A stretch of 64,000 nt of DNA, from the NCBI GenBank assembly GCA_950097015.1, contig CATNEN010000024.1, positions 4,340,001 to 4,404,000 of the forward strand, read 5' to 3'. This DNA comes from Macrostomum hystrix (taxonomy: Eukaryota > Animalia > Platyhelminthes). A program made the translations under genes and the position numbers. Under the pieces are notes generated by a model that saw nothing but the letters and a program-made list of their open reading frames with translations, made no database searches and was not told the DNA's origin. Shown one piece after another: positions 35,885 to 52,648 of the stretch; the first letter of the stretch is position 1, and every line of letters starts with the position of its first letter.

Positions 35885-36584
35885 AAATACTTGCCTATTT
35901 TGGATATCAATTAAAAAGCGTTCAATTAGCTCACAAATTTGTCAATTATTTTCGTCATTGATTCGAGCGCACTGTTATTTTTCTATATTGCGGGCCTCTT
36001 AACCGCAGTAACTTGACGCTGCAATTCTGTACTCTAGTTTGCTGAGCACTATGTCGGGTTGCCTGAACACTCTGAAATTATTCGCTGTGAGTTTTTAATT
36101 GTTTTCAAAGCTTGCAATGGCTCGTAATTAATTAATTTGCAAACTCAGCCCTAAAAGTTTGCATGCAATGACTAGTTTTTTTAATTGCAACTGTGCCTTA
36201 ATGTAACAATAACCACTAAAATGTATGCCTGCTAATGTGAAGCTGCTGCTGTACATGTAGCAAAATGTTTAAGCGACTGCATTATGTTTAAATTTATGTT
36301 GTTTTATGAAATTCCGTAATTAGGTCAGCCTATTTCACACAAATCAAGAATAAGTAATGATGAGACCAAGATCTAGGGACATTCTTTCAATTGAGATCGC
36401 TCCACCACAACTTGATAATTACAGCTAGTAAAAAAATTCCCGGGACCCTTCCATGGAAGTAAAATTTAAACAGTCTATTTACAAGAGAAAAACAGGGTAA
36501 CAGAAAACTGAGTATGGGATGGGATATATAGAGCAAACTTTGAAAATGGCTACCAGAGACGATCAGTTAACAGGCTATTTCAGT

Positions 36585-37640
36585 TTAGTTGAAAGGTACC
36601 TCCTGGATGCATTGTGGGAAGCTCCGGTTGCAGGAATTTCCCACCTGGCTACCTTCATTGGCGTCACAACTTGCAGAGTCTCGGCCCACTCGCTCCAGCA
36701 GAAAAATGCGCCATTCCACGCAGGTGACTACATCAGGTCGTCCACCAGCTTCTTCCTCCACCAGTGCGGGATCAGCGAGCTGCAGCTTGATCGAAGCCTT
36801 CACTGCACTATGAGCCATCTCACACGGGTTGAGAAACGGCGAGTAAGCGGGCAGCAGCTGAATTTCAAACTGATGGCGGTGCTGCTCCGGCACTGTCACA
36901 CCGCGATGAAAGCTTGGACCATCGCAGACTATGACGACTCTGGCGTTGCCGATTTACGGGATGACTTGCTCCACGAGGTCATTGATGAATTGTTGAAACC
37001 TCTCCTTTGTCTGGCCTCCTCTGAAAAACTCACTCTTCACCAACCCAAGTGCAGATGACACGGCCAGACAGATGGAAAGATTTGGACCCCTCTGTGTTGG
37101 GCAACGCCGTCTCACTGGCTGACCCCGTCGCGACCTTCCCTGTGATCTGCGCGTCCAGAGGTTGTACCCCGTCTCGTCTATATAGATTACCACCGTATCC
37201 AGTTGCAGTCCCGCCATGAATAGCGCATACTCGCGTCGCTTCTCTATCACCACGGGAGAGTTCGCGCTCAATCGAATGTCGCAGTTCTTAGTGGCAATCT
37301 TAAATGCATACAGGGCTCCATCCAGAGCTCTGGCTATTGTCTTAATGGAGACCGGTGGCTTGTCTGGAAGCTGAGCAGCGATATTAGTCTGCAATGCTTT
37401 CAGTGTCGCCATCGGATTTCATTTAAGAGGCCGATGAGCACTTGGCGCATCTCGTCGCCCAGCTTGCATGAGCCGATCTTCCGGCCTCCGCGCTGAAGAG
37501 CATCAATCCGACCTGTAGCTTCAAATGTGGCGAGCGGTTTTCAATTTAATGCCGAGAATTGTAGCGGCTAGACCAATATCCTGTCCTTCCGTCCACGCGG
37601 AGATCAAGCGTCTTCTATCAACGTTGCTGGTTGCCCTCAT
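36585..37640 (-). pseudogene. Decayed IS630/Tc1-mariner superfamily transposase
   Basis: HTH-like N-terminus from ATG 37640 with frameshifts; YIDETG (first D); in-frame TAA at 36954-36956; IVCDGPSFH (second D); LPAYSPFLNPCE (E). TIRs not identified. Confidence 0.85.
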
Positions 37641-38154
37641 TTTGGCGGAACAGCTTCAAATGTTAACAAAACTATGGACCGAATAACATAGAACTTATAT
37701 GTTGGCTGAGATTTCTCGTCCCAAGCTGAGATAGCATGGTCTTAAAATGCATGTCTATGGTAAAACTTAGCAGCTTCAGTAAAACAACCGCAGTGACAAG
37801 ATGGGCTGGCTGAGTTTGAATTCCCATTCGCTGAGATTTAACGCAGATTCCTGTCATTTAAAAGTTTCACAACAGCTAGCACCTATAAGTTTCAATGAAA
37901 AAAAAACTAAATTCAATAGCTGCCCATAAACTGAGAATATGTTTGATGGGCTTTAATAAAATTTGTTTTAATTTGGTTGCTAGTGAATATGATCTTTTTA
38001 ATGTGATTTTTTGTTGCATTATTAGGCGGTCGCTCGCTAAATTATAACTAACTCCCTTTCGTTAAACTTTAGAAATTCTAGAATTTGTTGTCATTGCATC
38101 TTAAATTGGTAATTCACTTTCAGCATTTATTTTGCTCTCCTATTCTTCTGAATG

Positions 38155-41616
<3,462 letters not shown>

Positions 41617-41799
41617 TCTGCCAGACCTAGGATCATCGCCCAGATTGAAGAAGCTGAGCTGTACCATTTCGGTTTTTAATCTCCTCTTTATGCCTATAGG
41701 CATTTTTTCCTGCGCGACTGTCTTAGCTTTAAATATTAGAGTTATTGAATATTCAGTTTTTCTAGGCCTCATTAGAATATCTCTTTGGAAAAGTCATAG

Positions 41800-42405
41800 C
41801 TTTGGCCCTCTGACTGGGAGGTCGGGAGTTCGAATGTCAGCCAAAATATTCGTGAAATTCGAGAAATTCGTGTCATGGTGTCCATAGTGGCCTAGTTTCA
41901 CCTGCTGTAGCCCTTGTAGGTCCAGTAGCTCCGTCTAGATAAAGGTAGGTGACCACCGAGGACGGAGATGATGCAGGCACATTCGGGTGACATGCTGATA
42001 AATGTTGAAGGCCTGGCAAGGCCGCACTGAGGCGCAGTGCTAATTAATGTATATGGGGTATGAAATACACTAGCTCTTATGGGAAAGCAGACCTTTGGCC
42101 AGAACCATTAAAAATCTGGACTTGATTATTGTTTCAGAAGATGCGCAACAAAAGTTTGGCTCGTGTTTTTTAGTTTCGTGTTCTTGCGTTGCTTCGTTCT
42201 GGTGCAGCACAAAAATTGTCGCGGGGTGGAAATTTCCCTTGAAGGTTCTACAGTTAAGCGGAACATATGATTCCCTATTGCTTCAGTTCACCCAGCCTGG
42301 GTTGAGATTCGGGTGTGGTGGTATCCCTCTCCCCCAGTCCACGGACTGAAAAGCTGTACACAGCCTTTGGATGCGCAGCTCAGTTTCCGGCCCAAGTGGA
42401 TTAGG
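41800..42405 (+). mobile_element. SINE family 2 fragments (head about 41800-41912; CORE/3' part about 42270-42405)
   Basis: GGTCGGGAGTTCGAAT; ATTGCTTCAGTTCACCCAGC; CCCCAGTCCACGGACTGAA. Confidence 0.55.
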
Positions 42406-42849
42406 TATCTCGGTCTGTCTCTCTTGAAATTATAAAATTCGACAAATCTACATTGAATTAAATTAGTTGCTTCAGTTGATTAACTTGCTTTATTGTCCTA
42501 CCCTGCGTTCACTTCATGAATTCATCTAAGAATATTGTATTTGCGACTGTTGCTTGGCCAATTAAGAATTAACTGAGACTCTGACCACACAAATGGTTTT
42601 AGGATGCTTTAATGTCGAACTTATTTGCTAAATTAATGTTTAATTCTTTCCTACTTTGACTAGGTTTACTTTGCTTTCTGTCCTATTTGTTTTCTTAATT
42701 ATTTCAGCACCGCCACTTTTCACTGTGTTTTTACTTCAGTCTGTCAAATCCAAGTGTTCTTAGGACTGTTTTATATGGTGATTAAAAAACATTACTTATT
42801 AAGTTACATGATGTCTATAGCAGTTGATAATGTGCTATTGACAAAAGAT

Positions 42850-43290
42850 ATATTGTCTATGGCAATTAGAAATGTGCCACTGGTGTGTACTAGGTAGATG
42901 TATTGTCTATGGCAATTAGAAATGCGCCACTGGCACTTGATTGATGTATTGTCTATGGCAATTAGAAATGCGCCACTGGCACTTGATAGATGTATTGTCT
43001 ATGGCAATTAGAAATGCGCCACTGGCACTTGATTGATGTATTGTCTATGGCAATTAGTAATGCGCCACTGGCACTTGATAGATGTATTGTCTATGGCAAT
43101 TAGTAATGCGCCACTGGCACTTGATAGATGTATTGTCTATGGCAATTATAAATGCGCCACTGGCACTTGATTGATGTATTGTCTATGGCAATTAGTAATG
43201 CGCCACTGGCACTTGATAGATGTATTGTCTATGGCAATTAGTAGTGTGCCACTGTAACTCTCGATTTGTTGTCTACTACAGTTGGTAATG
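42850..43290. repeat. 46-bp minisatellite, about 8-9 units
   Basis: Unit GATGTATTGTCTATGGCAATTAG[A/T]AATGCGCCACTGGCACTTGAT[A/T]. Confidence 0.93.
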
Positions 43291-44069
43291 TGCCACTGGC
43301 AAGTTAATGTTCTCCTATTACACATAACACATACACATGATTCATTCTACACCATACCCTATTATAAAATGTAATAATCAGTTAGGTTTTTAGCATGTTT
43401 CCACGCTTTTTATATCAAGATTTGTCGGTCCGTTAAATTATTATTATATATGTATACTTGATATAAATATCATAATCATTGCTAAAATAACAATGGCTGT
43501 TTTTAATTGCTTACGATTTTCCTTTCATACTTCTCTTTATACTTTCGTTCCCACTTTTGCACAAAAAACACAGCTGTTATTTGTTTGTTGCAATCTTTTT
43601 AGCTTGCACTTGAACATTTAAGCAGAGAGAACTGTCTTTGACATCATTCCTTTGTGTTCATTGGTCTTATTGATCGGCCCCGTTTTTTACTTCTTGTTCT
43701 TCTTGTTTTTTTTAAACTAAATTTCATGCCTCCAACACACAAACTGATTCCTTCAAATGCCTTTAAAATGTTTGAGTACATGTAATTTTAGTTTATTTAG
43801 CGGCATAGCTACAGTTTTTTTTCCAAGCAAATATTCACCTGTGCACACTGGCCTTTTTCTATCGTGTCTGTGATTTATTATAATCAGTTTGCTGGTGAAA
43901 TATAAGTGCATAATTTTAGTTGCCATTAAATAAAAAATAACAAAATTATTCGACAGTTTAATCAGAGCAATACTGCAGAGAGTAACTTAGACTAATTGTT
44001 TTTCTCTACTGCTGAAGAAATCTAGATCTGTAAGTAAAAATAATAGCTTTTTGTGAAGAAGTGGCATTT

Positions 44070-44650
44070 GGTTGGTTAAGGGTTAGTTGAGGCGCTTGGC
44101 TGGTTAGGGATTGGTTGAGGGGTAGAGGGGCTTGGCTGGTTAGGGATTGGTTGAGGGGTAGAGGGGCTTGGCTGGTTAGGGGTTGGTTGAGGGGTAGAGG
44201 GGCTTGGCTGGTTAGTGGTTGGTTGAGGGGTAGAGGGGCTTGGCTGGTTAGGGATTGGTTGAGGGGTAGAGGGGCTTGGCTAGTTAGGGATTGGTTGAGG
44301 GGTAGAGGGGCTTGGCTGGTTAGGGATTGGTTGAGGGGTAGAGGGGCTTGGCTGGTTAGGGGTTGGTTGAGGGGTAGAGGGGCTTGGCTGGTTAGTGGTT
44401 GGTTGAGGGGTAGAGGGGCTTGGCTGGTTAGGGGTTGGTTGAGGGGTAGAGGGGCTTGGATGGTTAGGGGTTGGTTGAGGGGTAGAGGGGCTTGGCTGGT
44501 TAGGGGTTTAGGGGTAGAGGAGTTTTCAGGTTAGGGGTTGGTTGAGGGGTAGAGGGGCTTGGCTGTTTAGGGGTTTAGGAGTAGAGGAGTTTGACAGGTT
44601 AGGGGTTGGTTGAGGGGTAGAGGGGCTTGACTGTTTAGGGGTTGGTTGGG
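44070..44650. repeat. 36-bp G-rich minisatellite upstream of MLX, about 15 units
   Basis: Unit GGGGTAGAGGGGCTTGGCTGGTTAGGG[A/G]TTGGTTGA. Confidence 0.95.
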
Positions 44651-44892
44651 GGTGAATAAATGTATGGCAAACTTTAGTTTAGGCGAATTAGTGTGGGCTT
44701 GAAAGAGGTTTTTAATGAAAATAATCAACTTATCCCTAATCTGTTTGATTTTTTAAGGCTTTTCTTTACTTCGATTCCGCTAGAAAAAATAATAAGCTAT
44801 TTTAAGCAAATAAGTTTCTGTTAGAAGTTCTTGCTTCTAGTGATCCTTGGTTCAATTTTTTCTTTTCATGATACTATTTCAGCAGCTCACAC

Positions 44893-45913
44893 ATGGCCAT
44901 GCTGGCCTCCGATCAATCTGGCCTCGATGACGACGACGATCGTCGGCAAGATGGCTCCGACGCCACTTCATTGGCTGATCGCCGACGCCAGCTGCACCTG
45001 CAGTCGGAGCAGAAGCGCCGGGACAGCATCAAGCTGGGCTATGATAGGCTGAGCGAGCTGGTTGGGCAGGGCAGCGCAGCGCTCAGTAAGGCGACGATTC
45101 TGCAGAGATCGATTCGGCACATGGAGTCTCTGAATAGGCAGCGCGAGATTCAGCAAGCCGAGTTGGATTGCTTGAAGAAACAGGTACGCGGATTACTTTA
45201 GATCGAAGAGTCTTGGAAAATTTCCAAGAAAGTCTTGTGACAATGTGTTAAACTGTACATTTTCTAAAACGTTCTCTTAACTGTACATTCCTACAACTGC
45301 ACATTCTCTAAACTGTACATTCCTACAACTGCACATTCTCTAAACTGTACATTCCTACAACTGCACATTCGCTAAACTGTACATTCCTACAACTGCACAT
45401 TCGCTAAACTGTACATTCCTACAACTGCACATTCGCTAAACTGTACATTCCTACAACTGCACATCCCCTCGCAGACACGCATACAATTTTGTACATGTAC
45501 TCAGGTAAACACAAAGGTCTTATATATGCCTGACCTCCTCAAAATGATCTCATCGACTAATCACCTTAACTCCCCAGGTGATGGCCATGCAGGTAATTGA
45601 AGCCAGCTATCGTCAGCTGCTGGCCTCCGGCCGACTCGCCGAGTCGCTCTCGGCAGCCGAAGAATCCGGCGCGGCGCGCGTGCCCGACTCTGTGAAGCTT
45701 GACGTGTTCCGCGCCGTAATGGACGCCCTGTTTGAGTCCTTTGACTCGGCGACTGGATCCGCCATCAGCTTTGCCGACCTGTCAGCCAGGTGCGTGGCCT
45801 GGCTAGAGGAGGCGGGCAGGCCGCAGGTGATGCACCAGCTGTGCGAGCAGGTCCTGCAGCGGGTGCTCACTCAGAGGATGGGAACCAACTCAATCGTGGG
45901 CGGCTGCTACTGA
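44893..45913 (+). CDS. MLX: Max-like protein X (MLX) bHLH-ZIP transcription factor (exons 44893-45183, 45578-45913)
   Basis: bHLH RRRQLHLQSEQKRRDSIKLGYDRLSELV...LSKATILQRSI, zipper, then MLX C-terminal DCD-like VKLDVFRAVMDALFESF...SFADLSARCVAWLEE. Phase-0 intron. The start may be preceded by an upstream exon (acceptor near 44882). Confidence 0.85.
45250..45465. repeat. 32-bp minisatellite in the MLX intron
   Basis: Unit CTAAACTGTACATTCCTACAACTGCACATTC[T/G]. Confidence 0.92.
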
Positions 45914-46014
45914 GACTGCTCAAAATGACTACTTTTTGGATTTTTTATGCCTTTGACACTTTCTAAGAAACTTGCTTTCATTTTGAAGGTCTTGAGATTT
46001 TGATGAAAAGCTTA

Positions 46015-47210
46015 TCAACAAGTGGGTGAGATTTTGAGATATCGGCCTCGACTGGGTGAGATTTGAGATATCGGCCTCCACTGGGTGAGATTTTGAGATA
46101 CTTTCCTCCACTGGGTGAGATTTGAGATACTGGCCTCCACTGGGTGAGATTTTGAGATATCGGCCTCCACTGGGTGAGATTTGAGATATCGGCCTCCACT
46201 GGGTGAGATCTTGAGATACTTTCCTCCACTGGGTGAGATTTGAGATACTATCATCCAGTGGGTGAGATTTTGAGATACTGTCATCCAGTGGGTGAGATTT
46301 TGAGATACTGTCAGTCAGTGGGTGAGATTTTGAGATACTGTCATCCAGTGGGTGAGATTTTGAGATACTGTCAGTCAGTGGGTGAGATTTTGAGATACTG
46401 TCAGTCAGTGGGTGAGATTTTGAGATACTGTCATCCAGTGGGTGAGATTTTGAGATACTGTCAGTCAGTGGGTGAGATTTTGAGATACTGTCAGTCGGTG
46501 GGTGAGATTTTGAGATACTGTCATCCAGTGGGTGAGATTTTGAGATACTGTCATCCAGTGGGTGAGATTTTGAGATACTGTCAGTCAGTGGGTGAGATTT
46601 TGAGATACTGTCAGTCAGTGGGTGAGATTTTGAGATACTGTCATCCAGTGGGTGAGATTTTGAGATACTGTCATCCAGTGGGTGAGATTTTGAGATACTG
46701 TCAGTCAGTGGGTGAGATTTTGAGATACTGTCAGTCAGTGGGTGAGATTTTGAGATACTGTCATCCAGTGGGTGAGATTTTGAGATACTGTCATCCAGTG
46801 GGTGAGATTTTGAGATACTGTCATCCAGTGGGTGAGATTTTGAGATACTGTCAGTCAGTGGGTGAGATTTTGAGATACTGTCAGTCAGTGGGTGAGATTT
46901 TGAGATACTGTCATCCAGTGGGTGAGATTTTGAGATACTGTCAGTCAGTGGGTGAGATTTTGAGATACTGTCAGTCAGTGGGTGAGATTTTGAGATACTG
47001 TCATCCAGTGGGTGAGATTTTGAGATACTGTCATCCAGTGGGTGAGATTTTGAGATACTGTCATCCAGTGGGTGAGATTTTGAGATATTGTCATCCAGTG
47101 GGTGAGATTTTGAGATATTGTCATCCAGTGGGTGAGATTTTGAGATACTGTCATCCAGTGGGTTAGATTTTGAGATACTGTCCTCCACTGGGTGAGATTT
47201 TGAGATAAAA
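46015..47210. repeat. 30-bp minisatellite downstream of MLX, about 39 units
   Basis: Unit GTGGGTGAGATTTTGAGATACTGTCA[TC/GT]CA. Confidence 0.97.
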
Positions 47211-48016
47211 TTACCTTGAAAATATTTTTTTGTTTTTTTACAGTACCAATTTACAGATAATATGTTTATTGCGCTCCCAATACTCTTTTTTAACAGGCAC
47301 TCGCGACTGTAAGCACTAACCTGAACTTTCATTGCGCACTTTTTGCTGTTATTGTTGACTGTATTAGCCAAAACTTTTCTCTGTGATTTTGCGAGGTCAT
47401 TCTACTGTGTAAGAAGTTCATTTTGCAGATTTTAAGCATTAAGCATGTAAAGGAAAAGTGTAGATAGCTATAAGATTAGTGTCTTATGTAATTATCCTAG
47501 ATTTAAACCTTAGAGCTGGCAAAGTTTTTTGCACCATCCACCACAGTCAGCCAATTCAGAATCCCAGTTTTGCCTTCTTACACCGTTTCAATACATAAAA
47601 AAGCAAGCTTTACTCTTGTTTTAAATTGTGGCTTAATTGCCTTTTTGTTGACTAATGCGCTACGTACATTAGCAATGTGCTGACTTCCATGTACATTCTC
47701 TATATTCTTCTGCAAGGTAACTGCACCTTGCATTTCTGCATCCGTGAGTTCTAATTGCTAGTTTAACAATATAAGCTAAATTCTAGCGAATAGCGAATGT
47801 TTTCTTTTAACCTATTTTATTTTCCACTGTACAGAATGCAGCTGAAAAAAGGGCCAAATGTTTTTATATTTATTAGAATTCAGATACATTAAGGTGTACA
47901 TGCTGGCACAAATGAATCGTTCTCTGATTCTTGAGAAAATCAGTTTCAATAGTTTTATCTTTATTTTTGTTTTTTTCAAGTTGCAAAAATGCAACCATCC
48001 TACTATGAGTAGACTT

Positions 48017-48274
48017 GGGAGTAAAGTGGCGGAGCGGTAGCGCGCGTTCGAGTCTCGAGTACATGTCCCTGAGCTCGAATCCGCGGCGAGGCCCTATCAA
48101 TTTTGGAGGCGCAGCCGCGGTGAGAAGGCTGATAATAATAATAATAGTATTGTAGGAGTGCTGCGGACAATGGCACATCATTTTGACAATGACACTAGAC
48201 CCCCAGCCAGCAAGGAGGCAATTCTGCCCATTTCGCTGACTCCTGAGCACATACGCACGCACACAGATGCCATA
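48017..48274. mobile_element. Composite of SINE family 1: head on + (48017-48130) abutting a tail fragment on - (48132-48274)
   Basis: GTGGCGGAGCGG...GAGCTCGAATCC...GCAGCCGCGG, followed by (AAT)n TTGTAGGAG...CCCATTTCGCTGACTCCTGAGCAC. Confidence 0.75.
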
Positions 48275-49464
48275 TACATTATTTTTCGGGCTCTTGATGA
48301 AATGTCTATGGTCAAGACACCTCGTTCGTCGCACATGAAGTTTCAGCAAAAATGTCTATGGTACAACTAACCATTTGAAATACCCCCGTGGTCCCCAGGG
48401 GAAAAATGGCGTGTTCTACTCTCTACTTTCTATCATAGCCTACTTTCTACTTTTAAGTGCATAAATGGCAAATTGGGTTTAGACCATAGAACATACTATG
48501 ATACTTTACAGCAAAAGAAGACCAATATGTTTTCGAAAATGTGTCAGCGAGTTGCTTCTAGTCACGTGACTGTGTGTGACATCGAGTTAAACAATGTCAG
48601 TTGTCCAATTCATGTCATTACAAAGTTACATTTGACTCCAACGTACATGTGGCTACAATGAATATCAATTGAACTTAGTGCAAGCCAGTAAACTAGTGCT
48701 AGCCAGTTTTTTGCTTCGCTTCACTTCACACACCCACATTCCGCCCAGTGACTGTTTATTTCACCTTCGCAGTTTCTCTCTCCCTTCTCCCCCGCCTAGC
48801 TAAACTTTTTCGCGCGTTGACGCATTTCGCTAGTCTAAAAATAGACTAGAAAATCCAAAGCTAGGCAGTTCTAGGTTTCACACCTTACCCTCACATAATG
48901 CCCTTTAGTTCTTATCTCCCGATTACTTATAGGCTCATTTTGTTCGAAAATAAAAAACATGAATTATTTAGAACTATCTAAGTGCGCGATGCACTTATTT
49001 TATCTCGTTTTTGTTATAATTAATGCAAAATGGAATCTACTTTATTTCCAACGCACCCTCTGACATGAAATCTACATTACATTTCGACATGCTTTTGGAA
49101 AATGGAAAGAAAATGCATCGCAATACAATAATAGCACGACTCACCACTATTTTTAGCTCAGTTAATACTTTTGATACATTGTAGTAAGCACTCTGGGTGT
49201 ACTTCGGTTAGTTTGCAGTTAACATCTTAGCATGGCATGGCTTTCGGAGCTTCGGACAAAATGACTAAAAATACAACAATGAGACAGAAAAATAACAATA
49301 GCAAATCTGTGGAATAGAATAGAATTACTACGCGATACATGATTTCGACATTCGAGTCTATAAGTCATGAGTGGCGTACGCAGTAACGCTTGATCTATGC
49401 ACTTCCATAGCTTCCTTATGGATGCTAGCTATAGAAGACCATGGATTGAGTAATATACGGACTC

Positions 49465-50757
49465 CAACAGGTCTAAGCAACCGTGTCTAACAGGTCTAAG
49501 CAACCGTGTCTAACAGGTCTAAGCAACCGTGTCTAACAGGTCTAAGCAACCGTGTCTAAAAGGTCTAAGCAACCGTGTCTAACAGGTCTAAGCAACCGTG
49601 TCTAACAAGTCTAAGCAACCGTGTCTAACAGGTCTAAGCAACCGTGTCTAACAGGTCTAAGCAACCGTGTCTAACAAGTCTAAGCAACCGTGTCTAACAG
49701 GTCTAAGCAACCGTGTCTAACAGGTCTAAGCAACCGTGTCTAAAAGGTCTAAGCAACCGTGTCTAACAGGTCTAAGCAACCGTGTCTAACAGGTCTAAGC
49801 AACCGTGTCTAAAAGGTCTAAGCAACAGTGTCTAACAGGTCTAAGCAACCGTGTGTAACAGATCTAAGCAACCGTGTCTAACAGGTCTAAGCAACCGTGT
49901 CTAACAGGTCTAAGCAACCGTGTCTAACAGGTCTAAGCAACCGTGTCTAACAGGTCTAAGCAACCGTGTCTAACAGGTCTAAGCAACCGTGTCTAACAGG
50001 TCTAAGCAACCGTGTCTAAAAGGTCTAAGCGATAGTGTCTAACAGGTCTAAGCAACCCTGTCTAACAGGTCTAAGCAACCGTGTCTAACAGGTCTAAGCA
50101 ACCGTGTCTAACAGGTCTAAGCAACCGTGTCTAACAGGTCTAAGCAACCGTGTCTAACAGGTCTAAGCAACCGTGTCTAACAGGTCCAAGCAACCGTGTC
50201 TAACAGGTCTAAGCGATGGTGTCTAACAGGTCTAAGCAACCGTGTCTAAAAGGTCTAAGCGATAGTGTCTAACAGGTCTAAGCAACCCTGTCTAACAGGT
50301 CTAAGCAACCGTGTCTAACAGGTCTAAGCAACCGTGTCTAACAGGTCTAAGCAACCGTGTCTAACAGGTCTAAGCAACCGTGTCTAACAGGTCTAAGCAA
50401 CCGTGTCTAACAGGTCTAAGCAACCGTGTCTAACAGGTCCAAGCAACCGTGTCTAACAGGTCTAAGCGATGGTGTCTAACAGGTCTAAGCAACCGTGTCT
50501 AAAAGGTCTAAGCGATAGTGTCTAACAGGTCTAAGCAACCCTGTCTAACAGGTCTAAGCAACCGTGTCTAACAGGTCTAAGCAACCGTGTCTAACAGGTC
50601 TAAGCAACCGTGTCTAACAGGTCTAAGCAACCGTGTCTAACAGGTCTAAGCAACCGTGTCTAACAGGTCCAAGCAACCGTGTCTAACAGGTCTAAGCGAT
50701 GGTGTCTAACAGGTCTAAGCAACCGTGTCTAACAGGTCCAAGCAACCGTGTCGAACA
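49465..50757. repeat. 23-bp minisatellite downstream of SLC25A44, about 56 units
   Basis: Unit AACAGGTCTAAGCAACCGTGTCT. Confidence 0.97.
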
Positions 50758-50847
50758 AGTACACATATCTCAAAAACTGCATACGCCACTGGTCTCACTA
50801 GCCAGACCTCGTCAGGTCAGACAGATGTCCTGTCAAGCAATCAGTTG

Positions 50848-52648
50848 TCAGGCTATCACACCCTTGAATTCGTCTTTCAGCGCCAGTCGTTTAGCTGGCT
50901 CATAGTAGAGCACGAACAGGAAGCTGAACATTGCCGACTGGGCCAACCGTGCGCTGAGGCCCTTCACGAGCCAGGCCGCGCCCTCCTCGGCCCAAAGGCG
51001 TCGAAGGGCTTCCCTGGCGCCGGCGCCCCGCTGGGCCTGCAGCATGATTCGCAGGCGAAGCACATCGATTGGATTCGTCAGCAAGCCGGCCGTGGCTCCA
51101 GCCAGCGGCGCCGCGGTCAGCTGGACGGCTAAACGCGACGGCGAGTCCAGCCAGCGATAGAAACAGTTGCAATAGAGACTGTAGGCTGACCACATTGCGG
51201 CGGAGTTTGGCAGGAATAGAACCAGGGACCACAGGCCGCCCTGGAGACGATGGAGAAAAAAATCGTGAGGAATCAAGGGCAAATCGACTGTGAAATTCCA
51301 CTCAATAATATATTTTATACTCTCGAAGTTTCATTCAAAAGTCCGTAAATTTCATCTAAATCTACACATATTGATTTTTTATTCCAAAATTTCGTTCAAC
51401 GCATCGTAAATTAGGGAAAAAATGCAAATTTGCCATACAGGCGAGAATCAAGAGAACATCAATAATACAAGAGATCGAATTACAGACAAATTTGAATTTC
51501 AATTGGCGCCATATCACCTAGCTACAGTCCTCACCTTGTAGAAGCCGGTCAGCCCATGCCGCTGCCGGATCCAGCCAATCACAGCGCCCGCCTGGCCAGC
51601 CCAGCCAGCCCCGGGTGCGATGGCAACCGTTGCCGACACCGGGCTAATGCGGGCCGCTGACAGCAGCATGATGTGCTGAGTCACAACGTCGGCTGGCACA
51701 AGCAGAGCCTGGGAGGCCAGGGCGGCGCAAGCGCCAGCCAGGGCTCCTCGCGCCGGCGCAGGCAGCGGCTCAGAAGAGGCTCGCACAGTTTCGTAGGTGA
51801 CGCCGACCATGGCGGCATTGATAACGTGAGCTGCGCGTGTCCAGGCGCCGGCGTAGAGGCCGCGCGGCCCCTCTCGCGCTAGCACAGTGCGCAGGCAGTG
51901 GGCCAGGCCGCGATACTCCAGTCGGCCCGGCTGCGCTGTAAGGCGAGTGCGCGCCAGAGCCAGCGGGTAGAGCGTGGCGTGCATGATGGCATTGCCGAGG
52001 CAGTTGTAGGCCAGGAAGTGGCCGAGTTTCATGTGGCGCAGTTCGATCACGCGAAACTCTTCAGGCGGCTGCGATTTGGACTGCGGATGAAGGATATAAA
52101 TAAATAATAATAACATTTTTGTTGGCTTCTGTAAATACGTGAAATGAAATGGTAAACAGTTAACAACAGGCATTAGAATATGTATATTGCTGTGAACAAA
52201 AATGCCAATTGTACTAATATTCACGACTAATGTAGAATTAAATCTTACTGATTTTTTATATATAGATAAAAAAATGCGTTAAGAAATATTGTGATGCAAG
52301 CTAAAAATGGAATATGAAAAACAAAAAAAATACGGGTTGATTAAGTTCAAATTATTTAAGAAATAAATTCGCCAGGAACTTCTCTGGACTATTCAATTTT
52401 TAAGCAAGGTAAGACACTTTTCCTTACATTAGTTAAAATAAATAGTTTATGTTGATTATACAAACTATAGATCGAAAACTCTCTGTAGGCAAAAAATATT
52501 ATACTCTCTGAATTAAATAAAGGTTACTTAAAATAAATCACTCAAGAATAGTAAAAAAACACAGGAACTAAGCCCAGTAAAGGTTTGTGAATCCGCATCC
52601 GAAAGAAAAATGTAAATTTTAATGGAAAAATACATTAAGACTTACCAT
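50848..52648 (-). CDS. SLC25A44: Mitochondrial carrier SLC25A44-like, 313 aa (exons 52648-52646 [ATG only], 52080-51535, 51240-50848)
   Basis: FRVIELRHMK N-terminus; carrier signatures YPLALARTRL, VPADVVTQHIM and NPIDVLRLRI; C-terminal KGLSARLAQS...VLYYEPAKRLALK. ATG|GTAAGT micro-exon at 52646-52648. Confidence 0.87.
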
